A stretch of 64,000 nucleotides of DNA from Occultella glacieicola (GTDB lineage Bacteria > Actinomycetota > Actinomycetes > Actinomycetales > Beutenbergiaceae): positions 124,001 through 188,000 of the forward strand of contig NZ_SMNA01000004.1 in assembly GCF_004353825.1 (NCBI RefSeq). The letters are read 5' to 3'. The first letter of the stretch is position 1, and every line of letters starts with the position of its first letter. The position numbers and the translations under genes are program-made. This document shows, one piece after another, positions 1-9,424 of this stretch. Below the pieces are notes generated by a model that did not search any database, was not told where the DNA came from, and worked only from the letters and a program-made list of their open reading frames with translations.

Positions 1-636
1 GTCGTCGACCTGGTCCGCGAAGCCGGCGTGGACGTGCTGGTGCTGCCCGAGTCCGGTGGTGACGTGCTCGGGGAACTGGCCGACGCGCTCGCGGCCGCCG
101 GGGAACGGTTCGAGGCATTCGCGGGCACCCGTGGCGTCTCCGACCCCGACGGCACGGGCATTCTGGTGAGTGAGTCGATGGGCGCGTACGAGGAGGTCCC
201 CTCCACCGAGCGCAGCGTGCTCCGGATCGTCCCGGTGAGCGGGGACGGGCCACCGATCACGGCCGTGCACCCGCGATCGCCGCCGGGGATCCGTACCGCG
301 CTCGTCAGGCCGCAGGCACTGCAGACCTGGCGGGACGAGGTCGCGGCCGTGGCGCCGTTATGCGCGCAGACGCCCGGCGGCATCGTCGCGGGTGACTTCA
401 ACGCCACCCTCGACCATGCCCCGATGCGGACGATCGCGCCCTGCGTAGACGCCTCGGTGCTCGCCGGGATCGGCGGCGTGTCCACCTACCCGGTGCGGAT
501 GCCGGCCCTGCTCGGCACCACGATCGATCACGTCCTGATCGACCCGGCCGACTTCGAGGTGACGGCGGGAGCCGTGGTGGAGGTCCCGGGCACCGACCAC
601 CGGGGCGTGCTGATCCGGCTGGTTCCGGTGCGCTGA
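1..636 (+). CDS. Endonuclease/exonuclease/phosphatase (EEP, YafD-like) family protein, 5'-truncated by the window edge
   Basis: Frame is open from base 1. Motifs DVLVLPE, AVHP, VAGDFNAT, IDHVL and TDHRG are typical of the EEP fold. Confidence 0.85.
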   Translation, partial: VVDLVREAGVDVLVLPESGGDVLGELADALAAAGERFEAFAGTRGVSDPDGTGILVSESMGAYEEVPSTERSVLRIVPVSGDGPPITAVHPRSPPGIRTALVRPQALQTWRDEVAAVAPLCAQTPGGIVAGDFNATLDHAPMRTIAPCVDASVLAGIGGVSTYPVRMPALLGTTIDHVLIDPADFEVTAGAVVEVPGTDHRGVLIRLVPVR

Positions 637-691
637 TCGGGTCGGATCTCTCGGTGACCCGTCTGCACCTGCGCGGGACCGATGTGGACGG

Positions 692-1312
692 TCAGAACGT
701 GTTGTCGCCGAACTGGGCGTTCAGTGCCGGCTTGAGCGCGTCGAGGATGTTCGGGGATAGCACATTCGCCCAGTCCTTGACCTGAGTGACTGCCTTCTGC
801 GGCTTGTTGAAGTTGCTGCCGTGGGCCGGATGGGACTTGTTCGGCATCACGATGGCCAGCGACAGCTGCTTGCGCATCTCGCGCCATTCAGCCGGTGGCA
901 GCGGCGTCTCCTGCTGGTCGTACGTGTCGAGCACGGCACGGAACTTCGCGAAGTCGATCGTGCCTCCACCGACAGGCTGCTGGTCGCCGACCGGTCCCGT
1001 CTGAGCGTCTGCTTGGATTCGATCCATCAGCTGCTCAGCCTCTGGTATCGAGAGCGTTCTCGACGTCCAGCCCGGAGGTCCGGTGTAGTTCCGTGTGATC
1101 GAGTTGAATGTCTCGCCCGTGGCGTCCTCGTGGAAGTTCCCGCTCCCGCCCGCAACCCAGGCCCGCTGCACAGCAACCAGCAGGGATACGGCGTGGTTGC
1201 CGACCTGCCTCTGCATCGCGGCCAGCCGTGGCGGGTACCCCGTAGCGGCGACCGGGCCGTCAGGCTCCCGCAGGGGTTCGCGACGAGGATGTTGACCGGC
1301 GTACTTGTGCAT
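692..1312 (-). CDS. Hypothetical protein with an N-terminal (L)QRxxGNxAV...VQR motif, possible eCIS-type effector
   Basis: 206-aa ORF with a GGAG SD before the ATG. Its composition is unlike a shadow ORF (N, K, F, W, Q present). Contains LAAMQRQVGNHAVSLLVAVQR. Confidence 0.65.
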   Translation of the reverse strand: MHKYAGQHPRREPLREPDGPVAATGYPPRLAAMQRQVGNHAVSLLVAVQRAWVAGGSGNFHEDATGETFNSITRNYTGPPGWTSRTLSIPEAEQLMDRIQADAQTGPVGDQQPVGGGTIDFAKFRAVLDTYDQQETPLPPAEWREMRKQLSLAIVMPNKSHPAHGSNFNKPQKAVTQVKDWANVLSPNILDALKPALNAQFGDNTF

Positions 1313-1520
1313 CGGGGTCTCTCCGAGGGGTCACGGATCCGGCGTGACGTCCAGTGTCGCGATGGACGACGGCCGGACCCAGCGTCGGTTCGAGCACGCA
1401 CGGGGGAACCAACGTCTTCCCGTTGAGGCATCGCCGGACCCGCCCGGGACCAGATCCCGGTCCACGCCCCCCTCCCGTGGGGGAGGCGGGGCACGGTCCG
1501 GCCCTGCCAGACTCGGGCAC

Positions 1521-2798
1521 ATGGGACACGTGCGGCGGCTGGCGGAGACCACCGCCCGGCGGGCCGTGTTCTGCGTCATCGGCGGTCTGATGTTCGGCGC
1601 CTACGCGGTGCTCGTGACCGGTTTCGCCCAGATGCTCGCCGACCCGTCGGTCCCACCGGTAATCATCTGGATCCTGGTCGCGCTCGCCGGTGCGATCGCG
1701 CTCAGCCCGCCGGTGCTGCTCGGTGTGCGGACGCTCGAGATCCAGGCCGTCCGCGCGTTCCTGGACGTCGACCTGCCAGTCCCGGTCGGCCGAGTCTCCG
1801 GCGAGGCCCGCTGGCGTGGGGCGCTCTGGTACACGGCGCACCTGCTCATCGGTGCGGCCGCGACGATGGCACTGCTGACCGCGGTTCCGCTGGGCGTGGT
1901 GTTGGTGCTGCGCACCTCGGCCACCGGCCTGGTGATGAACCGCATGATCGGCTCGTTCGCGGGACTGCCCTGGCCGCTCGCCGTGCTCCTCGGGCTCGTG
2001 CTGATCGCCGCGGCAGGAGCAGCGTTCCTCGTGGGCGGGGCCCTGCTGCGGCTGCTGGCGCCACGGCTGCTCGGTCCGTCCGCGGCCGAACGCATCGCCG
2101 CCCTCGAGCGCCAGGCCCGGACCCAGGCCGAGCGCAACAGGCTCGCCCGGGACCTGCACGACTCGGTCGGGCACGCCTTGACCATCACGACCCTGCAGGC
2201 GGCTGCCGCGGCCCGGGCCCTCGACCGGGACCCGGCCGGCGGCACCGACGTCGCCCGCACCGCACTCTCGGCGATCGAGGAGACCGGACGGGCCGCCGTC
2301 GCGGACCTGGACCGCGTGCTCGGGCTGCTCCGCACCGACGCCGAGCCCAACCGCGGCCGGGTCCCGGTACCCAGGCTGACCGGCCCGACCGGTGCCGCCG
2401 ACCTCGTCGAGCGGGCCCGGGCCACCGGGCGGGACGTGCGCCTGGACCTGCCGCGGCCGGTCGGGCCGATCCCGCTCGTGATCGACCGGGAGGCCTACGC
2501 CATCGTGCGGGAGGGCCTCACGAACGCGCTGCGCCACGGCGCGGACCCCGTGACCATCGGCGTCACCCGAGGCCCGGCGCACTTGCGGATCGTGGTCACG
2601 AACGCGATGAGCACGGGGCCGGGCACGGACGGCGGCGCCACCACCGGCGGTCGTGGACTTGCGGGCCTGCGTGAGGGCCTCACCCTCGTCGGGGGCGACC
2701 TGCGGGCCGGGACCTTCGAGGACGCGGGCCGCCCGATCTGGCGACTGATCGCGGAGCTGCCGCTGACCGACCCGACCGAGGAGCCCGAGAGTGACTGA
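1521..2798 (+). CDS. Membrane sensor histidine kinase (HisKA_3, NarX/DesK type)
   Basis: N-terminal TM helices, H-box ERNRLARDLHDSVGH, N-box EGLTNALRHG, G-box GRGLAGLRE. Start placed at ATG 1521. Confidence 0.9.
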   Translation: MGHVRRLAETTARRAVFCVIGGLMFGAYAVLVTGFAQMLADPSVPPVIIWILVALAGAIALSPPVLLGVRTLEIQAVRAFLDVDLPVPVGRVSGEARWRGALWYTAHLLIGAAATMALLTAVPLGVVLVLRTSATGLVMNRMIGSFAGLPWPLAVLLGLVLIAAAGAAFLVGGALLRLLAPRLLGPSAAERIAALERQARTQAERNRLARDLHDSVGHALTITTLQAAAAARALDRDPAGGTDVARTALSAIEETGRAAVADLDRVLGLLRTDAEPNRGRVPVPRLTGPTGAADLVERARATGRDVRLDLPRPVGPIPLVIDREAYAIVREGLTNALRHGADPVTIGVTRGPAHLRIVVTNAMSTGPGTDGGATTGGRGLAGLREGLTLVGGDLRAGTFEDAGRPIWRLIAELPLTDPTEEPESD

Positions 2799-3462
2799 TC
2801 CGACCGAACCGACCCGTGTGTTGCTCGTCGACGACGAGGCGCTCGTGCGCACCGGGTTACGCATCATCGTCGACGGCGAGGACGACCTGAGCGTGGTCGG
2901 CGAGGTGAGCGACGGGATCGACGTACCGGACGCCGTCGCCCGCCATGCGCCCGACGTGGTGCTGATGGACGTGCGGATGCCGCGCGTGAACGGCATCGAC
3001 GCCACCCGCGCACTCGTCGAACGCGCCGAACGCGCGGGCGGCGGTCCCCGGGTGATCGTGGTGACCACCTTCGAGAACGACGACTACGTCTTCGACGCTC
3101 TCCTCGCCGGGGCGAGCGGGTTCCTGCTGAAGCGGGCCCGGCCCGAGGAGGTCCTGGACGCCATCCGGGTGGTTGCGCGCGGGGAGTCGGTGCTGTTCCC
3201 GCGCGCCCTGCGGCGGATGGCGCGCGGCAGGCAGAGCCCGACGGCGGACGGCCTCTCCGGCGCCGGCCTCACCGAGCGCGAGGGTGAGGTGCTGCGCCTG
3301 ATGGCCGCCGGCCGCTCGAACGCCGAGATCGCCGGCGAACTGTTCCTCGGCGTGGAGACGGTCAAGACGCACGTCGGCAACGTGCTCGCCAAGCTCGGCG
3401 TCCGGGACCGCACCCAGGCCGTGGTCGTCGCGTTCACGTCCGGGTTCGTGCCGGCGGAGTAG
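2791..3462 (+). CDS. NarL/LuxR-family response regulator
   Basis: Receiver domain (LLVDDE, DVVLMDVRMP, GFLLK) and LuxR HTH (LTEREGEVL...TVKTHV). Overlaps the kinase stop. Confidence 0.95.
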   Translation: MTDPTEPTRVLLVDDEALVRTGLRIIVDGEDDLSVVGEVSDGIDVPDAVARHAPDVVLMDVRMPRVNGIDATRALVERAERAGGGPRVIVVTTFENDDYVFDALLAGASGFLLKRARPEEVLDAIRVVARGESVLFPRALRRMARGRQSPTADGLSGAGLTEREGEVLRLMAAGRSNAEIAGELFLGVETVKTHVGNVLAKLGVRDRTQAVVVAFTSGFVPAE

Positions 3463-3525
3463 CACCGCGCGGGGCAGCGTTCCGGGGTCCGGCCCTCCGG
3501 TGAGCGCCGCGGGCACCGCCGGAGG

Positions 3526-4311
3526 TCAGAACGGCGGCCATGGCACGGCCGGCATCTCCCCCCGCGGGCCCGGGAACCTCGGCTCGGCGAGCAGGTCCTC
3601 ACACCGCTCGATGGTGGCCGTGACCTCGTCGGGGGCGAGCAGGTCCGCGAACGTCTCCCGGAGGTCGGAGTCCAGGTCCGCCCGCACCCGCTCGAGGCCG
3701 GCCAGCTCGTCGGCGTCGAGATCGCGGCCGAGCCAGCCCCACAGAACGGTGCGGAGCTTGGGTTCGGTGTGGAACGTGAGGCCGTGGTCCACGCCGTAGC
3801 GGTGCCCGGCCGCGGTCGGGAGCACATGCCCACCCTTGCGGTCGGCGTTGTTCGCGACGATGTCGAAGACGGCCATGCGCCGCAGCGCCGCGGTGTCCTC
3901 ATGGATCAGGGAGACCACACGGTCGTCGGCGTCGAAGCCGTCGAAGACGTGCAGCCAGCCCTCGGGCACGGCGTCGGCCGGGACCAGGTCCACCGGATCC
4001 TGGGCCGGGTCGGGCTCGCACCACACCTGCACCATCCCGGGGCCGAGAGGACCGTCGCGCAGCCAGGTACGGGGCACGAGGTCCCACCCGAACGACGCCG
4101 ACAACGCGTGGGCCGCGACCTCCCGCCGGGCCAGCGTCCCGTCCGGGAAGTCCCACAGCGGCCGTTCGCCGGCGACCGGCTTGTAGACGACGCGTACGCC
4201 GTCGATCCGGGCGACGAACGTGGCGTTGGAGGCCTGGCGGATCCGGCCGACGAGCTCGACCTCGCCGTCCAGTGCGCCGGCGTTCGTCTCGCCCGCGACC
4301 ACCTCGCTCAC
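3526..4311 (-). CDS. SCO1664-family protein (PI3/PI4-kinase-like)
   Basis: ASNATF, YKPVAGERPLWDFPDGTLARREVAA, NADRKGGH, DHGLTF and C-terminal PWPPF. Confidence 0.9.
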   Translation of the reverse strand: MSEVVAGETNAGALDGEVELVGRIRQASNATFVARIDGVRVVYKPVAGERPLWDFPDGTLARREVAAHALSASFGWDLVPRTWLRDGPLGPGMVQVWCEPDPAQDPVDLVPADAVPEGWLHVFDGFDADDRVVSLIHEDTAALRRMAVFDIVANNADRKGGHVLPTAAGHRYGVDHGLTFHTEPKLRTVLWGWLGRDLDADELAGLERVRADLDSDLRETFADLLAPDEVTATIERCEDLLAEPRFPGPRGEMPAVPWPPF

Positions 4312-4871
4312 GCGAAGCCGTCGGGCAACGAGCAGACGTGCGCGTCACCCTCGATCGGCGCGCCGCAGAGCGGGCAGATCGGCCGGCCGGCGGAGACCAC
4401 CTCCCGGGCCCGGTGCGCGAACACCCGGGCCGAACCGACCGGGATCCGGACCTGGAGGACCTCCTCCGGCTCGAACTCCTCGGGGTCGAACTCCTCGAGG
4501 GCCTCCTCGTCGTCGGTGCCGACCAGGGGCAGCGCCTCGATGACGATCTGCGCGGTGGACGGGTCCCAGCCCAGGCTCATGGTGCCGACCCGGAACCGCT
4601 CCTCGATCGGCTCGTCCAGGGGCTCGTCGTCGAGGATGCCCTCGGGAGCCTTCTCGGGGACGCTGAACGGGTTGCCGTCCTCGGCCATCAGCCGGTCGAG
4701 CACCTCGTCGATCTTGATGGCGAGCGCGGCGGACTGTTCCTTCTCGAGCGCCACGCTGACCAGGTGCGACCCGGCACGGGCCTGGAGGTAGAACGTGCGC
4801 TCTCCGGGTCGGCCGACCGCCCCGACGACGAACCGGTCGGGCCAGTCGAATCCGTGCACGAGGGGAGTCAT
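4308..4871 (-). CDS. DUF3090-family protein
   Basis: PDRFVVGAVGRPGERTFYLQA, LEKEQ, and C-terminal AGRPICPLCG...HVC zinc knuckle. 4-nt overlaps with both neighbours. Confidence 0.9.
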   Translation of the reverse strand: MTPLVHGFDWPDRFVVGAVGRPGERTFYLQARAGSHLVSVALEKEQSAALAIKIDEVLDRLMAEDGNPFSVPEKAPEGILDDEPLDEPIEERFRVGTMSLGWDPSTAQIVIEALPLVGTDDEEALEEFDPEEFEPEEVLQVRIPVGSARVFAHRAREVVSAGRPICPLCGAPIEGDAHVCSLPDGFA

Positions 4872-5659
4872 GTCTCCATGCTACGAGCGTGTGTCGAGGG
4901 CAGCCGTCCGGGCCCGGTCGCCACGCCGGGAGCCCGCGTCGGTCCCGTGGGCCCCGACCCGTCGGGCCCGGACCCGCCGCCGACCGCCGCCTGGGCCGCA
5001 CCGGCGCCGCCGGTGGTGGCGAGCCAGGCCAGGTCGCCCCCGTCGGTGTTGACGGCGACGACGTTCGGCCTGGTCGAGGTGTACTGCACGATCGACACGG
5101 ACGCCGGGCCGACGTTGATCCGCTGGAACAGGTCGAGGTGCATGCCGAGGGCGTCGGCAAGCACGGACTTGATGATGTCGCCGTGGCTGACCGCGACCCA
5201 CACCGCCCCCGTGCCGTGCTCCGCCTCGAATGCCGCGTCCTGCCGGCGGACCGCGGCGACGGCACGGGACTGCATGGCGGGCAGGGACTCCCCGCCCGGG
5301 AACGTCACGGCGGAGGGCTGTCGCTGCACGAGCGGCCAGAGGTCCTCGGCAGCGAGCTCCTTGAGCGACATGCCCTGCCAGCGTCCGTAGTCGCACTCGG
5401 TCAGCGCGTCGTCGGTGCGCAGGCCGGGTCGCGCCGGCCCGCCCGGGCGGGCGTCGAGGACCGCCGCCGCGGTCTGCTCGCACCGCAGCATCGGGCTCGT
5501 GACGACGCCGACGAGCGGCACCGGCGCGAGCCGTGCGCCGGTCGCGCGCGCCTGGGCGCGCCCGGTCTCGTCCAGGCCGACGCCGGGGGTCCTACCGGCC
5601 AGCACGCCGCGCGCGTTCGCTTCCGTCCGGCCGTGCCGGACGAGGAGGAGGGTCGCCAT
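4868..5659 (-). CDS. MSMEG_4193-family histidine phosphatase / putative phosphomutase
   Basis: LVRHGRT, ECDYGRWQG, FPGGES, SHGDIIK and HLDLFQRI motifs. Start placed at MATLLL. Confidence 0.9.
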   Translation of the reverse strand: MATLLLVRHGRTEANARGVLAGRTPGVGLDETGRAQARATGARLAPVPLVGVVTSPMLRCEQTAAAVLDARPGGPARPGLRTDDALTECDYGRWQGMSLKELAAEDLWPLVQRQPSAVTFPGGESLPAMQSRAVAAVRRQDAAFEAEHGTGAVWVAVSHGDIIKSVLADALGMHLDLFQRINVGPASVSIVQYTSTRPNVVAVNTDGGDLAWLATTGGAGAAQAAVGGGSGPDGSGPTGPTRAPGVATGPGRLPSTHARSMET

Positions 5660-5736
5660 GGTCGTAGAGCCTACGATGCGGGCCCGACGGCGGCCGGTCG
5701 CCCCGGTCGTCGCCCTCCCGCCGGTCCGGAGTCGGG

Positions 5737-6765
5737 TCAGGCGCCGCCGAACATCGCGGCCACCTCGCCGCCGCTGACCTCGGTGAGCGCGGTGTGCCGC
5801 CAGTGCGGCTGCTGGTCCTTGTCCACCAGGACCGCCCGGACCCCTTCGACGAAGTCCGGCTCGGCGACCAGGGCGGTTGCGACGCGCAGGTCCTGGGCGA
5901 GCACCGCCTCGACCGAGTCGAGCGCGGCCGCCCGGCGGATGGCCGCCAGGCTCACGGCCACCGAGAGCGGCGAGCGGCCGGCAAGAACTTCGCCGGCGGC
6001 GCGTGCGGCCGGCTCCGGCGCCTCTCGCAGTGCCTCCAGGATCCGGGCCGGGTCGTCGCCGGCGTAGCAGCGGTCGATCCAGCCGCGTTCGGACGCCAGG
6101 GGAGCGGTCGGTGACCTCTGGCCGATCGACGGGTCCAGGCTCTCGCCGGCGGCGAGACGGGCCACGATCGCCGGCCACGCGCCGGAGGGGATGAGCGTGT
6201 CGGCGAGACCGACGGCGATCGCGTCCGCGCCGTCGACCTGCGTGCCCGTCAACGCGAGGTGGGTGCCGAGCTCACCCGGGGCACGGGACAGGAAGAACAG
6301 CGCACCGACGTCCGGGAACAGCCCGATGCCGGTCTCGGGCATCGCGACCCGGGTGCGCTCGGTGACCAGGCGCAGCGAGCCATGGGCGGAGAGCCCGATC
6401 CCGCCGCCCATGACGATCCCGTCCATGAACGCCGCGTACGGCTTGGGGAAGTCCGAGATCAGGGCGTTGAGGGCGTACTCGGCACCGAAGAACCCGGCCG
6501 CGTCCAGGTTCCCCTCGAGCAGGCAGGCGCGAATGGCACGCACGTCCGCCCCCGAGCACAGCCCGCGGTCCCCGGCGCCCTCGAGGGTCACGGCGGCGAT
6601 CGCCTCGTCAGCCGCCCAGGCGGTGAGCACCGTGGTCAGCGTGGTGATCATGCCGGGCGTCAGGGCATTGATCGTCCGGGGACGGTTCAGCCGGATCCGG
6701 CCGAGTGGACCTGCCACTGTGACGAGCACCTCGTCCGACTCATTGGTCGCCGCCGTGAATGTCAC
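5737..6765 (-). CDS. Enoyl-CoA hydratase/isomerase family, 3-hydroxyisobutyryl-CoA hydrolase-like
   Basis: LNRPRTINAL, CSGADV, MDGIVMGGGIG, AMPETGIGLFPDVG, DFVEGVRAVLVDKD. GTG start preceded by GAGG. Confidence 0.9.
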   Translation of the reverse strand: MTFTAATNESDEVLVTVAGPLGRIRLNRPRTINALTPGMITTLTTVLTAWAADEAIAAVTLEGAGDRGLCSGADVRAIRACLLEGNLDAAGFFGAEYALNALISDFPKPYAAFMDGIVMGGGIGLSAHGSLRLVTERTRVAMPETGIGLFPDVGALFFLSRAPGELGTHLALTGTQVDGADAIAVGLADTLIPSGAWPAIVARLAAGESLDPSIGQRSPTAPLASERGWIDRCYAGDDPARILEALREAPEPAARAAGEVLAGRSPLSVAVSLAAIRRAAALDSVEAVLAQDLRVATALVAEPDFVEGVRAVLVDKDQQPHWRHTALTEVSGGEVAAMFGGA

Positions 6766-6809
6766 TGTGCCCTCACCCGTCCCCACCCTTCCCTCGCCGC
6801 GATCCGATG

Positions 6810-8108
6810 CTAGTGCCGGGTGGCTGCGCGGCCGTCGGGCAGGTCGGAGCCGGACGTGCTGGGTTGGGCAGGCTCTGCGGGTCGGGGTCCGGTGTAGTCC
6901 GACTCCGGTCGCAGACGCAGCGGCGCCTGGCCGTACTCGTCGACCACGTGCGCGAGCCAGCCCACCGTCCGGGCGACGGCGAAGATCGCCTGGCCGGCGT
7001 CGTCGCCCATGTCCGCGCCCACGGCCAGGACTGCCAGCGCCAGGTCGACGTTGGTCGGGCGGCCGGTGCGCGGTCCGACCATCGCCACGAGCTCGCGGGT
7101 CACTCGGATCGCGGCCGCGTAGCGCTCCATGGCCGACATCCGGGCCAGCAGGTACGCCGCGCGCGGATCGGTGCGCCGGTACAGGACGTGTCCGAAGCCC
7201 GGGATGCCGCGTCCGCGAGCGGCGTGCCCGGCAATGACGCGTTCGGGTCGGCCGGAGCCCGCCTCCCGCAGCATCTGGGTGGCCACTGTCGAGGCCGAGC
7301 CATGCATCGCGCTGTCGAACGCGCCGAGGGCGGCCGTGATCGCGGCGTACGGGTGTGCCCGGGCGGAGGCCGCGACGCGCGCCGCCAGGGTGGCCGCGGC
7401 CAGATCGTGGTCCAGGCACAGCACGAGCGTCGCCTCCAGCAGGGCCAGGTCGGCCGGGGTGCCCGGCGAGGCGGTCAGCTTGGGCCAGAGCCGCTGCGCG
7501 AGCCTCGCGGGGCTGGGAGCGGGAGGGCCGACGTCGGGCAGGGCGTCGACCATCGTGGCGATGAGCCGCCGCCCTGCGGCGTGGACGGAGGCCGCCGTCA
7601 GGTCGGTGCGCAGTGGGTCATGGGAACCGGCGATCACGACGGTCAGCTGCAGCCGGTCGATCAGCCGCGCCGCCGGACCGAGCAGGTCGCCCGCCGCGCG
7701 GGCGTGCGCGAGGAGTTCGGCGGACGTCTCGAAGCCGTGGCCGGTGACCGCGGGAGGCTGCGCCCAGAGCACCTCGACGGCTGCCTCGAGCGTGTGCGTC
7801 CGGGCGAGCTCGGTGGCCCGGACACCGCGGTAGTAGAGCTCGTCGCCCTCGATGAGGGTGATCGGGGAGCCCAGGACCATCAGAGGCCGTCCACGTGGTC
7901 GGTCCGCGCCGGCACCACCCTCGCGTGGGCGCCGCCTCGCTGCGGCCAACCGTTCGACGTCGAGGGCGTCGAACGTCGACCCGCCGCCGGCCTCCGCGCG
8001 GGTGCTCGCGATCAGCCCGCGCGAGACGTAGGCGTAGAGGGTCGCCGGTTTCACTCCCAGGCGCGCGGCGGCCTGCGCCGTGGTCAGGCGTGGCAGTGGA
8101 CCGGACAT
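6810..8108 (-). CDS. Citrate synthase-family protein with an N-terminal HTH (excisionase/MerR-like), probable regulator
   Basis: LTTAQAAARLGVKPATLYAYVSRGLI HTH fused to a citrate-synthase fold (LYYRG, DHDL, AMHGSA, GFGH, NVD). GGAGG SD. Confidence 0.85.
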   Translation of the reverse strand: MSGPLPRLTTAQAAARLGVKPATLYAYVSRGLIASTRAEAGGGSTFDALDVERLAAARRRPREGGAGADRPRGRPLMVLGSPITLIEGDELYYRGVRATELARTHTLEAAVEVLWAQPPAVTGHGFETSAELLAHARAAGDLLGPAARLIDRLQLTVVIAGSHDPLRTDLTAASVHAAGRRLIATMVDALPDVGPPAPSPARLAQRLWPKLTASPGTPADLALLEATLVLCLDHDLAAATLAARVAASARAHPYAAITAALGAFDSAMHGSASTVATQMLREAGSGRPERVIAGHAARGRGIPGFGHVLYRRTDPRAAYLLARMSAMERYAAAIRVTRELVAMVGPRTGRPTNVDLALAVLAVGADMGDDAGQAIFAVARTVGWLAHVVDEYGQAPLRLRPESDYTGPRPAEPAQPSTSGSDLPDGRAATRH

Positions 8109-8122
8109 CGACCTCCCACGAT

Positions 8123-8159
8123 ATTGATTCGATCAACATTGATTCGTCAGTGATCAATG
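8123..8159. promoter_or_regulatory. Putative operator between the divergent citrate synthase genes
   Basis: AT-rich island with TTGAT-tcg-ATCAA (8124-8136) and CATTGAT-n9-ATCAATG (8137-8159). Confidence 0.6.
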
Positions 8160-8204
8160 CCTGTGGTCTCGTGAGGCTACCCGACACCGCCGCAGGAGGA
8201 ACCG

Positions 8205-9374
8205 ATGCCGTCACCGTCGCGCATGGACAACACCCCGATCACCGTCCCACGTGGGCTCACGAACGTCGTCGTCACCGAGACCGAACTCGGTGACGTGCGC
8301 GGACATGAGGGCTTCTATCACTACCGGCAGTACTCGGCCACCGACCTCGCGCAGTCGCGCTCGGTCGAGGACGTCTGGAAACTGCTGCTCGACGGCGAGC
8401 TCCCGGACGCTGCCGTGGGTGTGGCGTTCGCAGCCGAGGTGGCCGGGCGGTCCCCGCTGTCGGCCGACCTCGCCACGGCACTGCCCCTGCTCGCGCGTGG
8501 CTCCGATGCCGCGGACCCGCTCGCCGGCCTCAGGGCAGCGCTGGCGTTGGACGGATCCCAGCGTGGCCTGCGTCCCCTCTACGACCTCACCCCCGAGGAA
8601 CGCCGCGCGGACCTGATCGGGCTGGCCGCGAGAGTGCCGACGATCATCGCGGCGCTGGCCAGGATCCGTGCCGGGCAGGTGCCGGTGGCCCCCCGACCGG
8701 ATCTGGGACTGGTCGCCAACTACCTGTACATGGTGCGCGGGGACGAGCCCGAGGATGAACACGTCGCGGCCCTGTCGGCGTACCTGGTGGCCGCCATCGA
8801 CCACGGCTTCAACGCCTCGACGTTCACGGCCCGGGTGATCGCCTCGACCGGTGCGGACGCCGCCTCCTGCCTGGTCGGCGCCCTGGGGGCGCTGTCCGGT
8901 CCCCTGCACGGGGGCGCACCGAGCCGGGCCCTGGACAGCCTCGACGCGATCGGCACCGACGAGCGCATCGACGAATGGGTCACCGAGCAACTGCGGTCCG
9001 GGGCCAGGATCATGGGGTTCGGGCACCCGGTCTACCGGACCGAGGACCCGCGATCGGCGCTGCTGAAGCGGGTCGCGCAGGGCTTCGGTGGGCCGCGCGT
9101 GGAGTTCGCGGTCGCCGTCGAGGAGCGCATCCCCGAACTGCTCGAACGACACAAGCCGGGGCGCGCGCTGCACACGAACCTCGAGTGGTACGCGGCCGTG
9201 GTGATGGAGTTGCTCGGGATCGAGCGCCCGCTCTTCACGCCGACGTTCGCGGCCGCCCGGGTGCTCGGCTGGACGGCGAACATCCTGGAGCAGAGCGCGG
9301 ACACCAAGATCATCCGTCCGTCCGCGCGCTACGTCGGCCCGGCGGCACCCCAGCCGGTGCCGCTCAGGAGCTGA
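8205..9374 (+). CDS. Citrate synthase / methylcitrate synthase (CitA-like)
   Basis: GLTNVVV, YHYRQY, DHGFNASTF, GPLHGGA, GFGHPVY, TNLEWY, KIIRPSARY. AGGAGG SD. Confidence 0.9.
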   Translation: MPSPSRMDNTPITVPRGLTNVVVTETELGDVRGHEGFYHYRQYSATDLAQSRSVEDVWKLLLDGELPDAAVGVAFAAEVAGRSPLSADLATALPLLARGSDAADPLAGLRAALALDGSQRGLRPLYDLTPEERRADLIGLAARVPTIIAALARIRAGQVPVAPRPDLGLVANYLYMVRGDEPEDEHVAALSAYLVAAIDHGFNASTFTARVIASTGADAASCLVGALGALSGPLHGGAPSRALDSLDAIGTDERIDEWVTEQLRSGARIMGFGHPVYRTEDPRSALLKRVAQGFGGPRVEFAVAVEERIPELLERHKPGRALHTNLEWYAAVVMELLGIERPLFTPTFAAARVLGWTANILEQSADTKIIRPSARYVGPAAPQPVPLRS

Positions 9375-9424
9375 CCCACCGTGAGCCGGTCCGATCCGAA
9401 CTGATCCGACACCTGCCGGGACGG

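Noticed and set aside
1465..1489. CCTCCC-GTGG-GGGAGG palindrome upstream of the first kinase
   Set aside because: A plausible response-regulator site, but short and composed mainly of G/C runs, so it cannot be distinguished from chance by eye.
1260..3068. 602-aa minus-strand ORF and many similar long alternative ORFs (for example 14251-15966, 33875-37600, 48019-50574)
   Set aside because: These are shadows of well-supported genes on the opposite strand. They are Arg/Gly/Pro-rich with no motifs, as expected at this GC content.
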